Source: an uncultured virus (IMG/VR IMGVR_UViG_3300005294_000012) | Lineage: Duplodnaviria; Heunggongvirae; Uroviricota; Caudoviricetes | IMG/VR virus record: IMGVR_UViG_3300005294_000012 | DNA: 20,000 nt | Strand: one strand, 5' to 3' | In this document: positions 1 through 8,223 of the stretch, piece by piece | Position numbering within the stretch: position 1 is the first letter of the stretch | Layout: the number at the start of each line of letters is the position of its first letter | Position numbers and translations under genes: made by a program | The notes under the pieces: model-generated | What the model was told of the DNA's origin: nothing | Databases searched by the model: none | The model's input: the letters and a program-made list of their open reading frames with translations, nothing else

Positions 1-1
1 C

Positions 2-868
2 ATCCGTCATGGCGTACGCAGCACCCCGGATGGTCGAGCCCAGATGCACGTCACCATCACCCCTCGCGGCGATGACTTCGGATACCAAGGACGGATCGAG
101 CTGGACGCCTGGGAGCGACGTTGGGTGCACACCGTGAACAGCCTCAAAGCAGAAGATATCGACGCTCTGGCTGAGGACTGGGCCGACTCGATCGTGGCCA
201 AAAATCCTAATGAGCCCATCGAGATGGACCCGATAAGCACCACCGATGCGGTCTATTGGGCCGAGACGTTCACCAAGCGGTTCGGCGGGAAGTACATCAC
301 CGCCTACACAGCAGACCCTGAAGAGGGCGAGGTCGACTTCGGGACCATGGTGGCCTGGTTTGCCAATGCCATCGAAACTGGACGCAAAGCCGGTCATGTG
401 CAGATCGATCCGGAGGAGAAGCTGGTCGAGCTGCTACAGCGGAAGGTCGCCGGCCTCGAAGAGATGCTCGACCAGGAGCGGAAGAACAACAAGGCGCTGC
501 AGCAACACCTGGTCACCAAGAGCGAGGCTGTGCCCGATGAGGATGCGCTGCCCAAGGTGCCACTGGTGCCGGCAGATGACGTCGAGGCCAGCTTCATCGC
601 CGATCTGGACCGGCTGGTTGACGGGATGCGGGAGCGGATCCGGGTGCTGCAGCAATGGCGCACCAACCTGCTCAACGGCTCCGACCAATACGAGATCCAA
701 CGCAACGAGATCCAACGTCGCGAGGCCGCGCTCGATGACCAGATCGAGCAGGCGTATCTACGCGGCAAGGAGTTCGCAGTAACCCAAATCAAGAGCGGCC
801 TCGCCGACATCTGGTTCGGTGCAGACCCGCCACTACGAGAGGAGCAAGACCATGACGATGATCGATGA
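2..868 (+). CDS. Hypothetical phage protein, probably 5'-truncated, with C-terminal coiled coil
   Basis: Frame is open from position 2 through ATG 44 to TGA 868. Contains DAVYWAETF...MVAWFANAIETG and heptad-like segments. Confidence 0.75.
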   Translation: MRHGVRSTPDGRAQMHVTITPRGDDFGYQGRIELDAWERRWVHTVNSLKAEDIDALAEDWADSIVAKNPNEPIEMDPISTTDAVYWAETFTKRFGGKYITAYTADPEEGEVDFGTMVAWFANAIETGRKAGHVQIDPEEKLVELLQRKVAGLEEMLDQERKNNKALQQHLVTKSEAVPDEDALPKVPLVPADDVEASFIADLDRLVDGMRERIRVLQQWRTNLLNGSDQYEIQRNEIQRREAALDDQIEQAYLRGKEFAVTQIKSGLADIWFGADPPLREEQDHDDDR

Positions 869-1070
869 GCCGCGCTTGACCGACGCAGCGATCGCCCACC
901 GCAAGGACGTCGAGGCGATGCTGGCGCCCTTGCCACCGCACCCGGACGACCTGTTCATCCACATCTCGGGTGCTGACGTACCCGACAACGTTCCGGTGCA
1001 CGTCTGGCTGAAGTTCAAGGCCGAGGTGTACGCCTATATCGCGAACAAGCTCAAGGACCTCGGGACATGA
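852..1070 (+). CDS. Hypothetical protein
   Basis: ATG 852 preceded by GAGGAG; stop overlaps the next start (ATGA at 1067). Confidence 0.7.
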   Translation: MTMIDEPRLTDAAIAHRKDVEAMLAPLPPHPDDLFIHISGADVPDNVPVHVWLKFKAEVYAYIANKLKDLGT

Positions 1071-1564
1071 TGTTCTGGCGCAAGTGGTGGGGCAGCGCCT
1101 ACCGGAGGCGACTCCGCGAGCTCGAGCAACTCGCCGCGCAGAAGGCCGAAGGCGCGATGGGCCGGCACGTGCTGGTCAGTACGCGGAGCGGCAAGAAGGC
1201 GATGACCGAGGCTATGGTCGCCAAGGCGCAGGCCGAGGGCAAACAGGTCTTGATCTGGGATCCGAAAGGTGACCTCGAGGACTGGCCGGCGTACCTCCGT
1301 GAAGGGATCAGGATCGGCCAGTGGCCACGGTCGGGCAAGTCCCAGGTGATCGTCTCCGGTGGAGGCGGGATGGGCGGTTCGTACGACCAGCGCGCGCTAC
1401 AGATCATGACCGACGAGCTCGAGGGGCTGGCTGCGCAGCTGAACCTCTGGGCCGATGGCAACAACAAGACGACCACGCAGCGGGCCATCGCCACCGAGCA
1501 GCGCAACATCGCCCGCCAGCTGCGACAGATCGCCAAGGGAGGCAAGGCCGAGGATGGACGCTAG
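1067..1564 (+). CDS. Hypothetical protein with P-loop-like remnants
   Basis: ATGA-coupled start; contains HVLVSTRSGKK...VLIWDPKGD and PRSGKS. Confidence 0.7.
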   Translation: MMFWRKWWGSAYRRRLRELEQLAAQKAEGAMGRHVLVSTRSGKKAMTEAMVAKAQAEGKQVLIWDPKGDLEDWPAYLREGIRIGQWPRSGKSQVIVSGGGGMGGSYDQRALQIMTDELEGLAAQLNLWADGNNKTTTQRAIATEQRNIARQLRQIAKGGKAEDGR

Positions 1565-2183
1565 GTTCTCCCCGCAGCCCTGGACGCGGCCGGCCACGCC
1601 GAAGACCCAGCGCAAGCACGGCAACTTCCGAACCAGCTACACCCGGACCCTGGAGAAGCTGCAGTACGAGCTGGAGAAGATCGGCGCCACCGAGATTCTG
1701 TTCGAGTGTTCGTTCCACGCCAACCAGATCCGGCTCGACGGCTGGCCCAAGGCCAACCAGTCCCCGGAGTACAACGGGATCGCGGTCAGCTTCAACCATC
1801 CTGAAGTTGGCCGGGTCGAGTACGTCACCGACCGGTACTTCTTGTGGCAGGACAACCTGCACGCCATCGCCTTGACGCTGGAAGCGCTGCGCGGCGTCGA
1901 ACGCTGGGGTGTGGTCGCATCCGGCCAGCAATACACCGGGTTCAAGGCCATCGAATCGGGCAACGGATCGCGTCGGCCGGCAGCTGTGTGGATCGCCAAG
2001 CTGGTCGAACCCGACGACGCCGAGCGGCAGAAGGTCGTGGTCGACGGACTGCTGACCAAGTCCAGCCACATGACCAAGGTGGTGGTCCGACAGGCCAAGA
2101 TCCGGGCCCATCCAGACACCGGCGGCAGCCACGACATGTACCAGCTGCTCACCGAACGACTAGAGACATTGGGGTTGTCATGA
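1554..2183 (+). CDS. Phage DnaJ-like protein with C-terminal J-domain
   Basis: C-terminal AHPDTGGS (HPD motif); N-terminal RLDGWP...WQDNLHAIALTLEALRGVERWGV...QYTGFKAI is typical of this phage family. Confidence 0.85.
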   Translation: MDARFSPQPWTRPATPKTQRKHGNFRTSYTRTLEKLQYELEKIGATEILFECSFHANQIRLDGWPKANQSPEYNGIAVSFNHPEVGRVEYVTDRYFLWQDNLHAIALTLEALRGVERWGVVASGQQYTGFKAIESGNGSRRPAAVWIAKLVEPDDAERQKVVVDGLLTKSSHMTKVVVRQAKIRAHPDTGGSHDMYQLLTERLETLGLS

Positions 2184-2695
2184 GTGATTTGCAACCGTGG
2201 GGACGACCAGGCGGCGACAAGGGCCGGGTCAACTACGACACCATCAACGGCGGGCCCGAGATCGAATCGATCAACGGCGCCACCAAGAAGGGCGACAGCG
2301 GCTTCCACGATCCCTACCAGAAGCCGCCGGCAGGATTCGAGGACTGGCACCAGGTCGGGCAGTCCAACATGGACACGATCAACGAGGCCGCAGAACGGCA
2401 GAAGGCCCTGGAAGGCGCCGGGTTCAAGTACGACTCGAGCAACGGCACCTGGGTGGGACCGTCGGGCCGTACGACCACGCTGTTCGGCAACGATCCCGGC
2501 CCTGAGGGCGGCGTGGACTACCACTGGGATCGGCAGGGCGCAGGCAGCGAGCGAGGCCAGATCGAAGGCCAGTACGGCGACGATCCGCGCCGGCAGGGCG
2601 ACGACGACAAGGGCACCGAGATGCCTTCCGGGCTGAGCAGCTTTCTTGAGAAGTGGACCATCTGGGGGCGGATCCTGAAGCACTTCGGGCGGTGA
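2180..2695 (+). CDS. Hypothetical Gly/Asp-rich protein
   Basis: ATGA overlap at 2180 (MSDLQPWG...); high-GC3 codon use. Confidence 0.7.
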   Translation: MSDLQPWGRPGGDKGRVNYDTINGGPEIESINGATKKGDSGFHDPYQKPPAGFEDWHQVGQSNMDTINEAAERQKALEGAGFKYDSSNGTWVGPSGRTTTLFGNDPGPEGGVDYHWDRQGAGSERGQIEGQYGDDPRRQGDDDKGTEMPSGLSSFLEKWTIWGRILKHFGR

Positions 2696-2698
2696 GTC

Positions 2699-3196
2699 AT
2701 GGGTTGGGGCGACGATCAGGACGACCAGACCTGGGATGACGTCGCGTCCGACCGCAACCAGGAGCCGACCGACCGCTATCGCCGCGACCCGAACCAGCCC
2801 TACCGCTCCATCTGGGACGACCCCGATGATGATGAGGAGGAGAACCCGGCCGAAGGCTACAAGTACCGCAACAACGGTCTGGTCCAGAACAAGGGCAACA
2901 GCATCTGGGGCGCGCCGGCGCCCGGTACCCGGTGGGGCGACGGTCCGAACAACGTCGACCTGGACGATCATGGTGATCCGGTCGGACCGCGCGGCGGAGT
3001 CAGCTACGGCGGCTTCGGGTTCCACCGGGGGCAGACCGGGCACGGGGTCAAGACCAAGTACGACGACGTGCTGGCCAAGTACCAGACCATCCGCCATCCC
3101 GGCGGGGCGATGCGCAGGAAGATCAAGGCCGAACTGGAGCGCCGGATGCCGAAGGCCGAAGCGAGGAAGATCATGAAGGACCACAACTGGCTATGA
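2699..3196 (+). CDS. Hypothetical protein, acidic N-terminus and basic C-terminus
   Basis: Starts 3 nt after the previous stop; ATGA overlap downstream. Confidence 0.7.
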   Translation: MGWGDDQDDQTWDDVASDRNQEPTDRYRRDPNQPYRSIWDDPDDDEEENPAEGYKYRNNGLVQNKGNSIWGAPAPGTRWGDGPNNVDLDDHGDPVGPRGGVSYGGFGFHRGQTGHGVKTKYDDVLAKYQTIRHPGGAMRRKIKAELERRMPKAEARKIMKDHNWL

Positions 3197-3342
3197 CCTG
3201 GATGGAAATGCTGCACCAGCTGGCCGAGCGGAGCGCGACCGGATCGTTCGTCGCGTTGATGCTGCTCGGCCTGGTGCTCGGCGTTCCCGTGGTGACCTTC
3301 TTTGTGTGGCTGAACTCCCTTTTCGACGGGAGTAGGTCCTAA
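3193..3342 (+). CDS. Small membrane protein (49 aa), not in the ORF track
   Basis: ATGA overlap; MTWMEMLHQLAERSATGSFVALMLLGLVLGVPVVTFFVWLNSLFDGSRS has one hydrophobic helix and fills the gap before 3345. Confidence 0.7.
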   Translation: MTWMEMLHQLAERSATGSFVALMLLGLVLGVPVVTFFVWLNSLFDGSRS

Positions 3343-3344
3343 TT

Positions 3345-4745
3345 ATGGCCAGGCGTCCCGGCATGATCCGATACGGCAGTTTCGCCGAGGTGACCAACGG
3401 TGTCATCGGTTTCGTGCCGTGGGTCAAAGACAAGGTGCGGCGCTATATCTGGGGCATTGTCTGGCCCGGGATATTCGCAATTACGATGACGTGCCTGCTG
3501 GCTTATGGCCAGCACAAAATGGCCGAGATATTCGCCTCCGCCTCGATCGCCTTGGTCACGATCAAGCTGTTCATGGTCGCCTCGCAGCTGATATTGATGG
3601 GTTTCACGGCGGCGTTGCTGTGGGGAATGCACCACACCTCGCAGGCGGTGATGCCCACATTCAGTGTGGAGATTCCGCGTTTCGAGCCGCGTCCACCGCC
3701 GAACCTGGAGGCCGGCGAGACCTGGGAAGAGTGGCTCCGCAAGGGCGTACGCATCGGCCGTTGGCAGGGTGAGGTCGGGTCGCTCGAGCCCGGTGACATC
3801 TGCTGGATGCCGATCGTGGACGTCCACCCGTTCATCGCGGCCGAGTCCCGGATGGGCAAGTCGACGCTGCTCTGGGCGATCCTGTGGGAGCTGAAGCCGG
3901 CCATCGAGGCGGGCGTGGTCGAGATCATCTTGTTCGACCCGAAGAACGGCATGGAGATGGCGCCGGCAGTGGCGCTGGGTCTGGTCAAGTCCATGGAGCG
4001 GATGGGCCGTCCCGAGGGCATGGTGGACGAGGTCGATAACTTCTTCTACGGCCAAGACGTCGGGCACCCGGACCCGAACAATCCCGAGCGCTGGATCGGC
4101 AAGAAGTACGAGGAGACGTTCGTCCCGCCGCTGGAGCACCACGTGCAGCTGATGCGGGAACGCGCTTCTGAGGTGCGCGGTTCGATGCAGTGGATTCCGG
4201 CCAGCCGGAAGCATCCGCGCCGCATCGTGATCGTGGACGAGGGCGCCTCGCTGGCCCGCCCGTCGGCCAACCTGAACACCCGGCAGCGGATCATCTCCGC
4301 GATGCTGAACCTCTGCGACCAGGGCGCAGGCGCCGGCTACACGATCATCACCGCGACCCAGCATCCCGACGTCAAGAAGGTGCCGTGGCGCCACGGTCTG
4401 ATCGGTGCCGGCCTGTGTGGCCGGGTCAAGACCTGGGACGCGGTCGACATGGTGCTGGGCCGGGGCAGCTACGCGCGCGGCGCCTGGGGCGATCAGCTGA
4501 GCTCCAAGGTCAAGGGCGTGTTCTTCATGTCCGGTCACGGCGCCTGGCAGCTGCGGGTGCAGAACGCCAAGCCGAAGTTCACCCGGAAGCCTCCGGACCG
4601 TGGCGGCGGTAAGGAGATCGAGGAGTTCAACCCGAGTTCGGAGCCGACCAACGCGCAGCTGGCGCAGGTGGTGCCGCTCCGTAACCGCAACATCTGGCCG
4701 GTCCGGGAGAACGTCGGCGGGGACCGCGAAGTAGGGGCCGCATGA
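3345..4745 (+). CDS. Membrane-anchored FtsK/SpoIIIE (TraB-like) translocase-family protein
   Basis: N-terminal hydrophobic segments; Walker A AESRMGKST; IILFDPK; Walker B IVIVDE; GAGAGYTIITATQHP matches the FtsK GRaaGI...aTQRP block. Confidence 0.85.
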   Translation: MARRPGMIRYGSFAEVTNGVIGFVPWVKDKVRRYIWGIVWPGIFAITMTCLLAYGQHKMAEIFASASIALVTIKLFMVASQLILMGFTAALLWGMHHTSQAVMPTFSVEIPRFEPRPPPNLEAGETWEEWLRKGVRIGRWQGEVGSLEPGDICWMPIVDVHPFIAAESRMGKSTLLWAILWELKPAIEAGVVEIILFDPKNGMEMAPAVALGLVKSMERMGRPEGMVDEVDNFFYGQDVGHPDPNNPERWIGKKYEETFVPPLEHHVQLMRERASEVRGSMQWIPASRKHPRRIVIVDEGASLARPSANLNTRQRIISAMLNLCDQGAGAGYTIITATQHPDVKKVPWRHGLIGAGLCGRVKTWDAVDMVLGRGSYARGAWGDQLSSKVKGVFFMSGHGAWQLRVQNAKPKFTRKPPDRGGGKEIEEFNPSSEPTNAQLAQVVPLRNRNIWPVRENVGGDREVGAA

Positions 4746-4746
4746 G

Positions 4747-5283
4747 ATGGTTACCCGACTTCAGATCGTTGACGACCCGGGTGAGGACGACCGCGACGAG
4801 GAGGCTGCCGGCGTCCCGCAGCGGGAACGCGCGGCCAACATAATGGGCACCGAGCGCCGCCAGCTGATCATCGAGCTGGCCCGGGGTACCCGGCGGATCG
4901 TTGATCTTGCCTTCGAGCACGAACGCCCGCCGCAGGTCATCTCGAATTTCAAATACCGGAATAAGCAGGAGATCCTGCAGATGCGACGGGTGCTGGATTC
5001 CAAAACAGCTGATCTACATTTCGCAATTCAGCTGCACCGAATCGCCGATGCCGAGCGCCATCTGGCCTTTCTCGATGATCAGATCCGCAGAATGCAGGAG
5101 GGATTCCTGGACGGCGAGGAGGTCGACACCAAGGAATTGCGAGGTCTTATCGCCGACGCGTCGAAACTTCGTAAGGAGATCCGCGAGGAATTGAAGCCGA
5201 CCATGTCCCTGGGCGATATTCAGGTGACCCCGTCGAAGAAATACGGAGGCCAAAACTGGTTTGGTGAGGAGGGCGAGACATGA
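4747..5283 (+). CDS. Putative terminase small subunit-like protein
   Basis: Coupled by ATGA to the terminase large subunit homologue; HTH-like N-terminus followed by helical segments. The call rests mostly on position. Confidence 0.55.
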   Translation: MVTRLQIVDDPGEDDRDEEAAGVPQRERAANIMGTERRQLIIELARGTRRIVDLAFEHERPPQVISNFKYRNKQEILQMRRVLDSKTADLHFAIQLHRIADAERHLAFLDDQIRRMQEGFLDGEEVDTKELRGLIADASKLRKEIREELKPTMSLGDIQVTPSKKYGGQNWFGEEGET

Positions 5284-6575
5284 GTATGCCTGTTCTCCTC
5301 GACGACTACGTGGCGATCGGTTCCAACTGGGAGGCGTGCACAGCTACCGAGCAGGAGGTGATCGTCACCGGTCAATCGGGCAGCGGGAAGACCCGCGCGC
5401 TGCTGGAAAAGGTCCATCGGGCTTGCAAGGAGTTCACCAACATCAAGGTGTTGCTGCTGCGCAAGCGCAGTGCTGATCTGGCCGGCAGCGCTCTGGAGTT
5501 GTTCCGTGATCATGTCGCTGGGCCGGCGCTGCACACCGGTGAGGTGAGGTTCTTCGACGCTTCCCGCTCGGAGCCGGCGCGCTATGAGTACCGCAACAGC
5601 GGGTCGATGATCGTGCTGGGTGGGCTGTGGCCTCCGACGCAGGCGACCAAGGTCACCAACTCGGAGTGGGACATCGTCTGTGTGATCGCGGCGAACGAGC
5701 TGACCGAGCACGACTGGGAGCTACTGATCCCGCTATGCCGCAACGGGTCGCTGCCGATCAACCAGCTGATCGGAGAATGCCAGCCACAAGGCGATGATCA
5801 CTGGATCCTGCAGCGCGCCAAGCGCGGCCAGCTGCGACTCATCGAGGGCGTCATCGAGGACAACCCGCGCTGGTTCCGCAACGGCGAGATAACCAGGGAG
5901 GGACGGGCCTTCATCGCCAAGCTGGACGCTCTCACCGGGGTCACCAAGCTGCGCAACCGGTACGGCTACTGGGTGGCCGCACAAGGCCAGTGCTGGCCCA
6001 GCTACAACGACAAGGTCCACCTGATCGAGCCGTTCCCGTTCCCGTTCCACTGGCCCACCTGGTGGAGCATCGACTTCGGGAAGGTGCACCCGTTCGCGTT
6101 CGGGCTGTTCACCATGGACCCCAACGGCCGAGCGTTCCTAGTGAAGCAGATCCACATGTCCGGCCGGGAGACCGAGGAGCACTGCCGCGACATCCTGCGG
6201 ATCACCCAGCCGTACGCCTCGCCGACCGACATCATCACCGATCACGCGGCCAACGACGTGGCGATCTGTGAGCGGATGTTCGGCCGCAAGGTGGTCTTGG
6301 CCAACAAGTCCGTACTCGAGGGCATCGACTACGTGGAGAAGCGGTGGGCGCAGCGCAAGCTGTTCATCTTCGATGACTCCCTGGTCGAGATCGATGAGAC
6401 GTTGCGGTCGCGTGGCCGGCCGATCGACCTGCAGTCGGAGATCCCGGGGTACGTGTGGCAGTCGGGCAAGCGTTCCAAGGAGGGCCCGGTGAAGGCCTGG
6501 GACGATAGTTGTGACATGACGCGTTACTTCATCGCCGAGCAGGACGCGCCCGAGCAGTGGGAGGTGAGCTGGTGA
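5280..6575 (+). CDS. Terminase large subunit homologue (PBSX-like) with degenerate Walker B
   Basis: Walker A GQSGSGKT; HW and DNP motifs; nuclease-domain carboxylates in SIDFG..HPF, ITDH and DDSCDMTRY. Confidence 0.9.
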   Translation: MSMPVLLDDYVAIGSNWEACTATEQEVIVTGQSGSGKTRALLEKVHRACKEFTNIKVLLLRKRSADLAGSALELFRDHVAGPALHTGEVRFFDASRSEPARYEYRNSGSMIVLGGLWPPTQATKVTNSEWDIVCVIAANELTEHDWELLIPLCRNGSLPINQLIGECQPQGDDHWILQRAKRGQLRLIEGVIEDNPRWFRNGEITREGRAFIAKLDALTGVTKLRNRYGYWVAAQGQCWPSYNDKVHLIEPFPFPFHWPTWWSIDFGKVHPFAFGLFTMDPNGRAFLVKQIHMSGRETEEHCRDILRITQPYASPTDIITDHAANDVAICERMFGRKVVLANKSVLEGIDYVEKRWAQRKLFIFDDSLVEIDETLRSRGRPIDLQSEIPGYVWQSGKRSKEGPVKAWDDSCDMTRYFIAEQDAPEQWEVSW

Positions 6576-6763
6576 GCGCTCTAGGCGAGTACGCCGTCAA
6601 GACGGTCGCGGCAGGCATGGCCTTGATCAAGATGCTGGGGTTTCTCAAGACCGAGGACGAGAGCCTGGTACTGACCCGCGCCGAGGTGGAGGCGATCATC
6701 ATGACGATCCGCGAACAGGCGACAGAACTCAAACTTCGCAATATCAGGGGGCGGCAGCGGTGA
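6572..6763 (+). CDS. Hypothetical protein (63 aa)
   Basis: GTGA overlap with the terminase stop, preceded by GGAGG. Confidence 0.65.
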   Translation: MSALGEYAVKTVAAGMALIKMLGFLKTEDESLVLTRAEVEAIIMTIREQATELKLRNIRGRQR

Positions 6764-6873
6764 TCCCGATGATGATGGTCGACTGGAACCGGCCGATGTG
6801 GGTGATCTTCATGATCTGCATGACCGTGATCATCTGTGTGACGATCAGCAATCTGCACCGGTGGTTCAAGTGA
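6760..6873 (+). CDS. Membrane micropeptide (37 aa)
   Basis: GTGA overlaps at both ends; MIPMMMVDWNRPMWVIFMICMTVIICVTISNLHRWFK. Confidence 0.6.
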   Translation: MIPMMMVDWNRPMWVIFMICMTVIICVTISNLHRWFK

Positions 6874-6950
6874 AAGACGGCTGGAGCCTGGTCCGCTTCT
6901 GCATGGTCTTGGTGATCATTGCAGTGGTTGCAAACGAGTTGCTGAAGTGA
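6870..6950 (+). CDS. Membrane micropeptide (26 aa)
   Basis: GTGA overlaps at both ends; MKDGWSLVRFCMVLVIIAVVANELLK. Confidence 0.55.
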   Translation: MKDGWSLVRFCMVLVIIAVVANELLK

Positions 6951-7582
6951 TTAGCGTTGCAGCTGTCGGCCGGCCGTTCCGGTACGCCGGGATGTTCTCC
7001 GCCGCCGGCGCCAGCTGGATCTCTCGGAAGCTGGATCCCAAGGTGGACCGGGAGATCATGACTGAGATCGGTGAGCGGAAGGTGCTGGAGATTCGCAAGC
7101 ACTGGTTCGCCTCGAACTGGGCGATGATCCGGATCTTGTTCAGTGCGATCGTGCTGGGCTGGTTGACGGCGCTGACGCCCGAGCACTGGTATGAGTGGGT
7201 CGGTTTCTTCTGGGTGGTCTGGGTGATCATCTTCATCGCCACCCGCGCGGTGTGGCGGGTGCTGGAGCACTACCGGGACCGGTTCGTGATCACCAACCAG
7301 CGGATCCTGCGCTGTGATGGGGTAGTCGGCACCGATACCGCGATGATTCCGTTGAAGCGGATCACTGACATCACCGTCAAGCAGTCGGTGTGGGGGAAGC
7401 TGTTCAACTACGGCCACATGATCTTCGAGTCCGCCGGCCAGGTGCAGGGGCTGAACGAGATCCGCTACGTGGCCAACCCGCGCAAGCGCAAGCGCATCCT
7501 GCTGATCGCCATGAACGGCGACAATCCCGAGGCCCTGGTCCTCGACCCGTCCGAGGGGAACCCCAATGACGATGGCACCTGA
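6947..7582 (+). CDS. Bacterial PH-domain (bPH_2) membrane protein
   Basis: IRKHW, two TM helices, then RFVITNQRIL...GV...IPLKRITDITVKQSVWGKLFNYGHMIFESAG. Confidence 0.85.
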   Translation: MISVAAVGRPFRYAGMFSAAGASWISRKLDPKVDREIMTEIGERKVLEIRKHWFASNWAMIRILFSAIVLGWLTALTPEHWYEWVGFFWVVWVIIFIATRAVWRVLEHYRDRFVITNQRILRCDGVVGTDTAMIPLKRITDITVKQSVWGKLFNYGHMIFESAGQVQGLNEIRYVANPRKRKRILLIAMNGDNPEALVLDPSEGNPNDDGT

Positions 7583-7739
7583 GCAGATCCTGTTCTCGAT
7601 CGGACTGCTGCTCTGGCTGTTCGCCTGGATCGCCATCTTGCTCGAACTGCTGTACCACCTGGTGCGCTTCGAGATCTACCTGTGCAGGAAGCTCCGCCGG
7701 ATGATCAAAGCAAGACGGTCGGATCCCATCCCTCAGTGA
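7566..7739 (+). CDS. Small membrane protein (57 aa), not in the ORF track
   Basis: GAGGGG upstream; MTMAPEQILFSIGLLLWLFAWIAILLELLYHLVRFEIYLCRKLRRMIKARRSDPIPQ; 3' end overlaps the convergent PadR gene. Confidence 0.6.
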   Translation: MTMAPEQILFSIGLLLWLFAWIAILLELLYHLVRFEIYLCRKLRRMIKARRSDPIPQ

Positions 7740-7962
7740 TCTGGTAGACCCGCCGGCGGGGGCGTCCTGGCTCGAGATCGGGCTCGTGCTCCCAGGTGCT
7801 GGAGAGGCAGTGCTCGCGCTCGAGCCTGGCCAGAATCGGATAGACCACCCCGCTCGCTACGCCGGCGCGTACGGCGACCTCGTAGCCATAGATGCTTTCC
7901 TCCTCGTCGCGGAGTTGGATGATCGCTCGGACCACGGCTTTGACGGCCATCGTTTTCTTCAT
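7705..7962 (-). CDS. PadR-family winged-helix transcriptional regulator
   Basis: YGYEV...SGVVYPILARLE...STWE...GRPRRRVYQIT; likely ATG at 7962. Confidence 0.9.
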   Translation of the reverse strand: MKKTMAVKAVVRAIIQLRDEEESIYGYEVAVRAGVASGVVYPILARLEREHCLSSTWEHEPDLEPGRPRRRVYQITEGWDPTVLL

Positions 7963-7969
7963 AATCCGT

Positions 7970-7998
7970 ATGCTACATGTGTTGACTACGACCCGCAA
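7970..7998 (-). promoter_or_regulatory. Sigma70-type promoter for the PadR gene (probably leaderless)
   Basis: Minus strand reads TTGCGG-17nt-TAGCAT-7nt-ATG, with no SD sequence. Confidence 0.6.
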
Positions 7999-8010
7999 CT
8001 AGTTCATAAT
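7982..8010 (+). promoter_or_regulatory. Sigma70-type promoter for the rightward small-gene operon (probably leaderless)
   Basis: TTGACT-17nt-CATAAT-6nt-ATG(8017). Confidence 0.8.
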
Positions 8011-8016
8011 TGAGGT

Positions 8017-8223
8017 ATGGCCAAACAAGACTTGCAGAACGGCATCGAGGACATCGTCAACATCCTCAGCGACCTCCCCAACGATCAGGTCAAGATCATC
8101 GACCGCCTCGACACGATCACCGATCTGCTGCAGCGCATCGCAGTCGCCATGGAAACCCGCGAACTCCGCGAGGCTGGCCTCCCCAAGCACGCCGATCTCC
8201 TCCAGAAAGGGCGAGTGTCATGA
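8017..8223 (+). CDS. Hypothetical helical protein
   Basis: First gene after the promoter; ATGA-coupled to the next gene. Confidence 0.75.
   Translation: MAKQDLQNGIEDIVNILSDLPNDQVKIIDRLDTITDLLQRIAVAMETRELREAGLPKHADLLQKGRVS

Noticed and set aside
690..717. 13-bp direct repeat ACGAGATCCAACG
   Set aside because: An in-frame coding duplication (EIQR twice) inside a coiled coil; only two copies.
1637..3184. 515-aa minus-strand ORF, and similar long antisense ORFs at 3339-4538, 12287-13903 and 16197-17249
   Set aside because: Shadow ORFs of GC-rich plus-strand genes with no recognisable motifs; the plus strand is already fully tiled.
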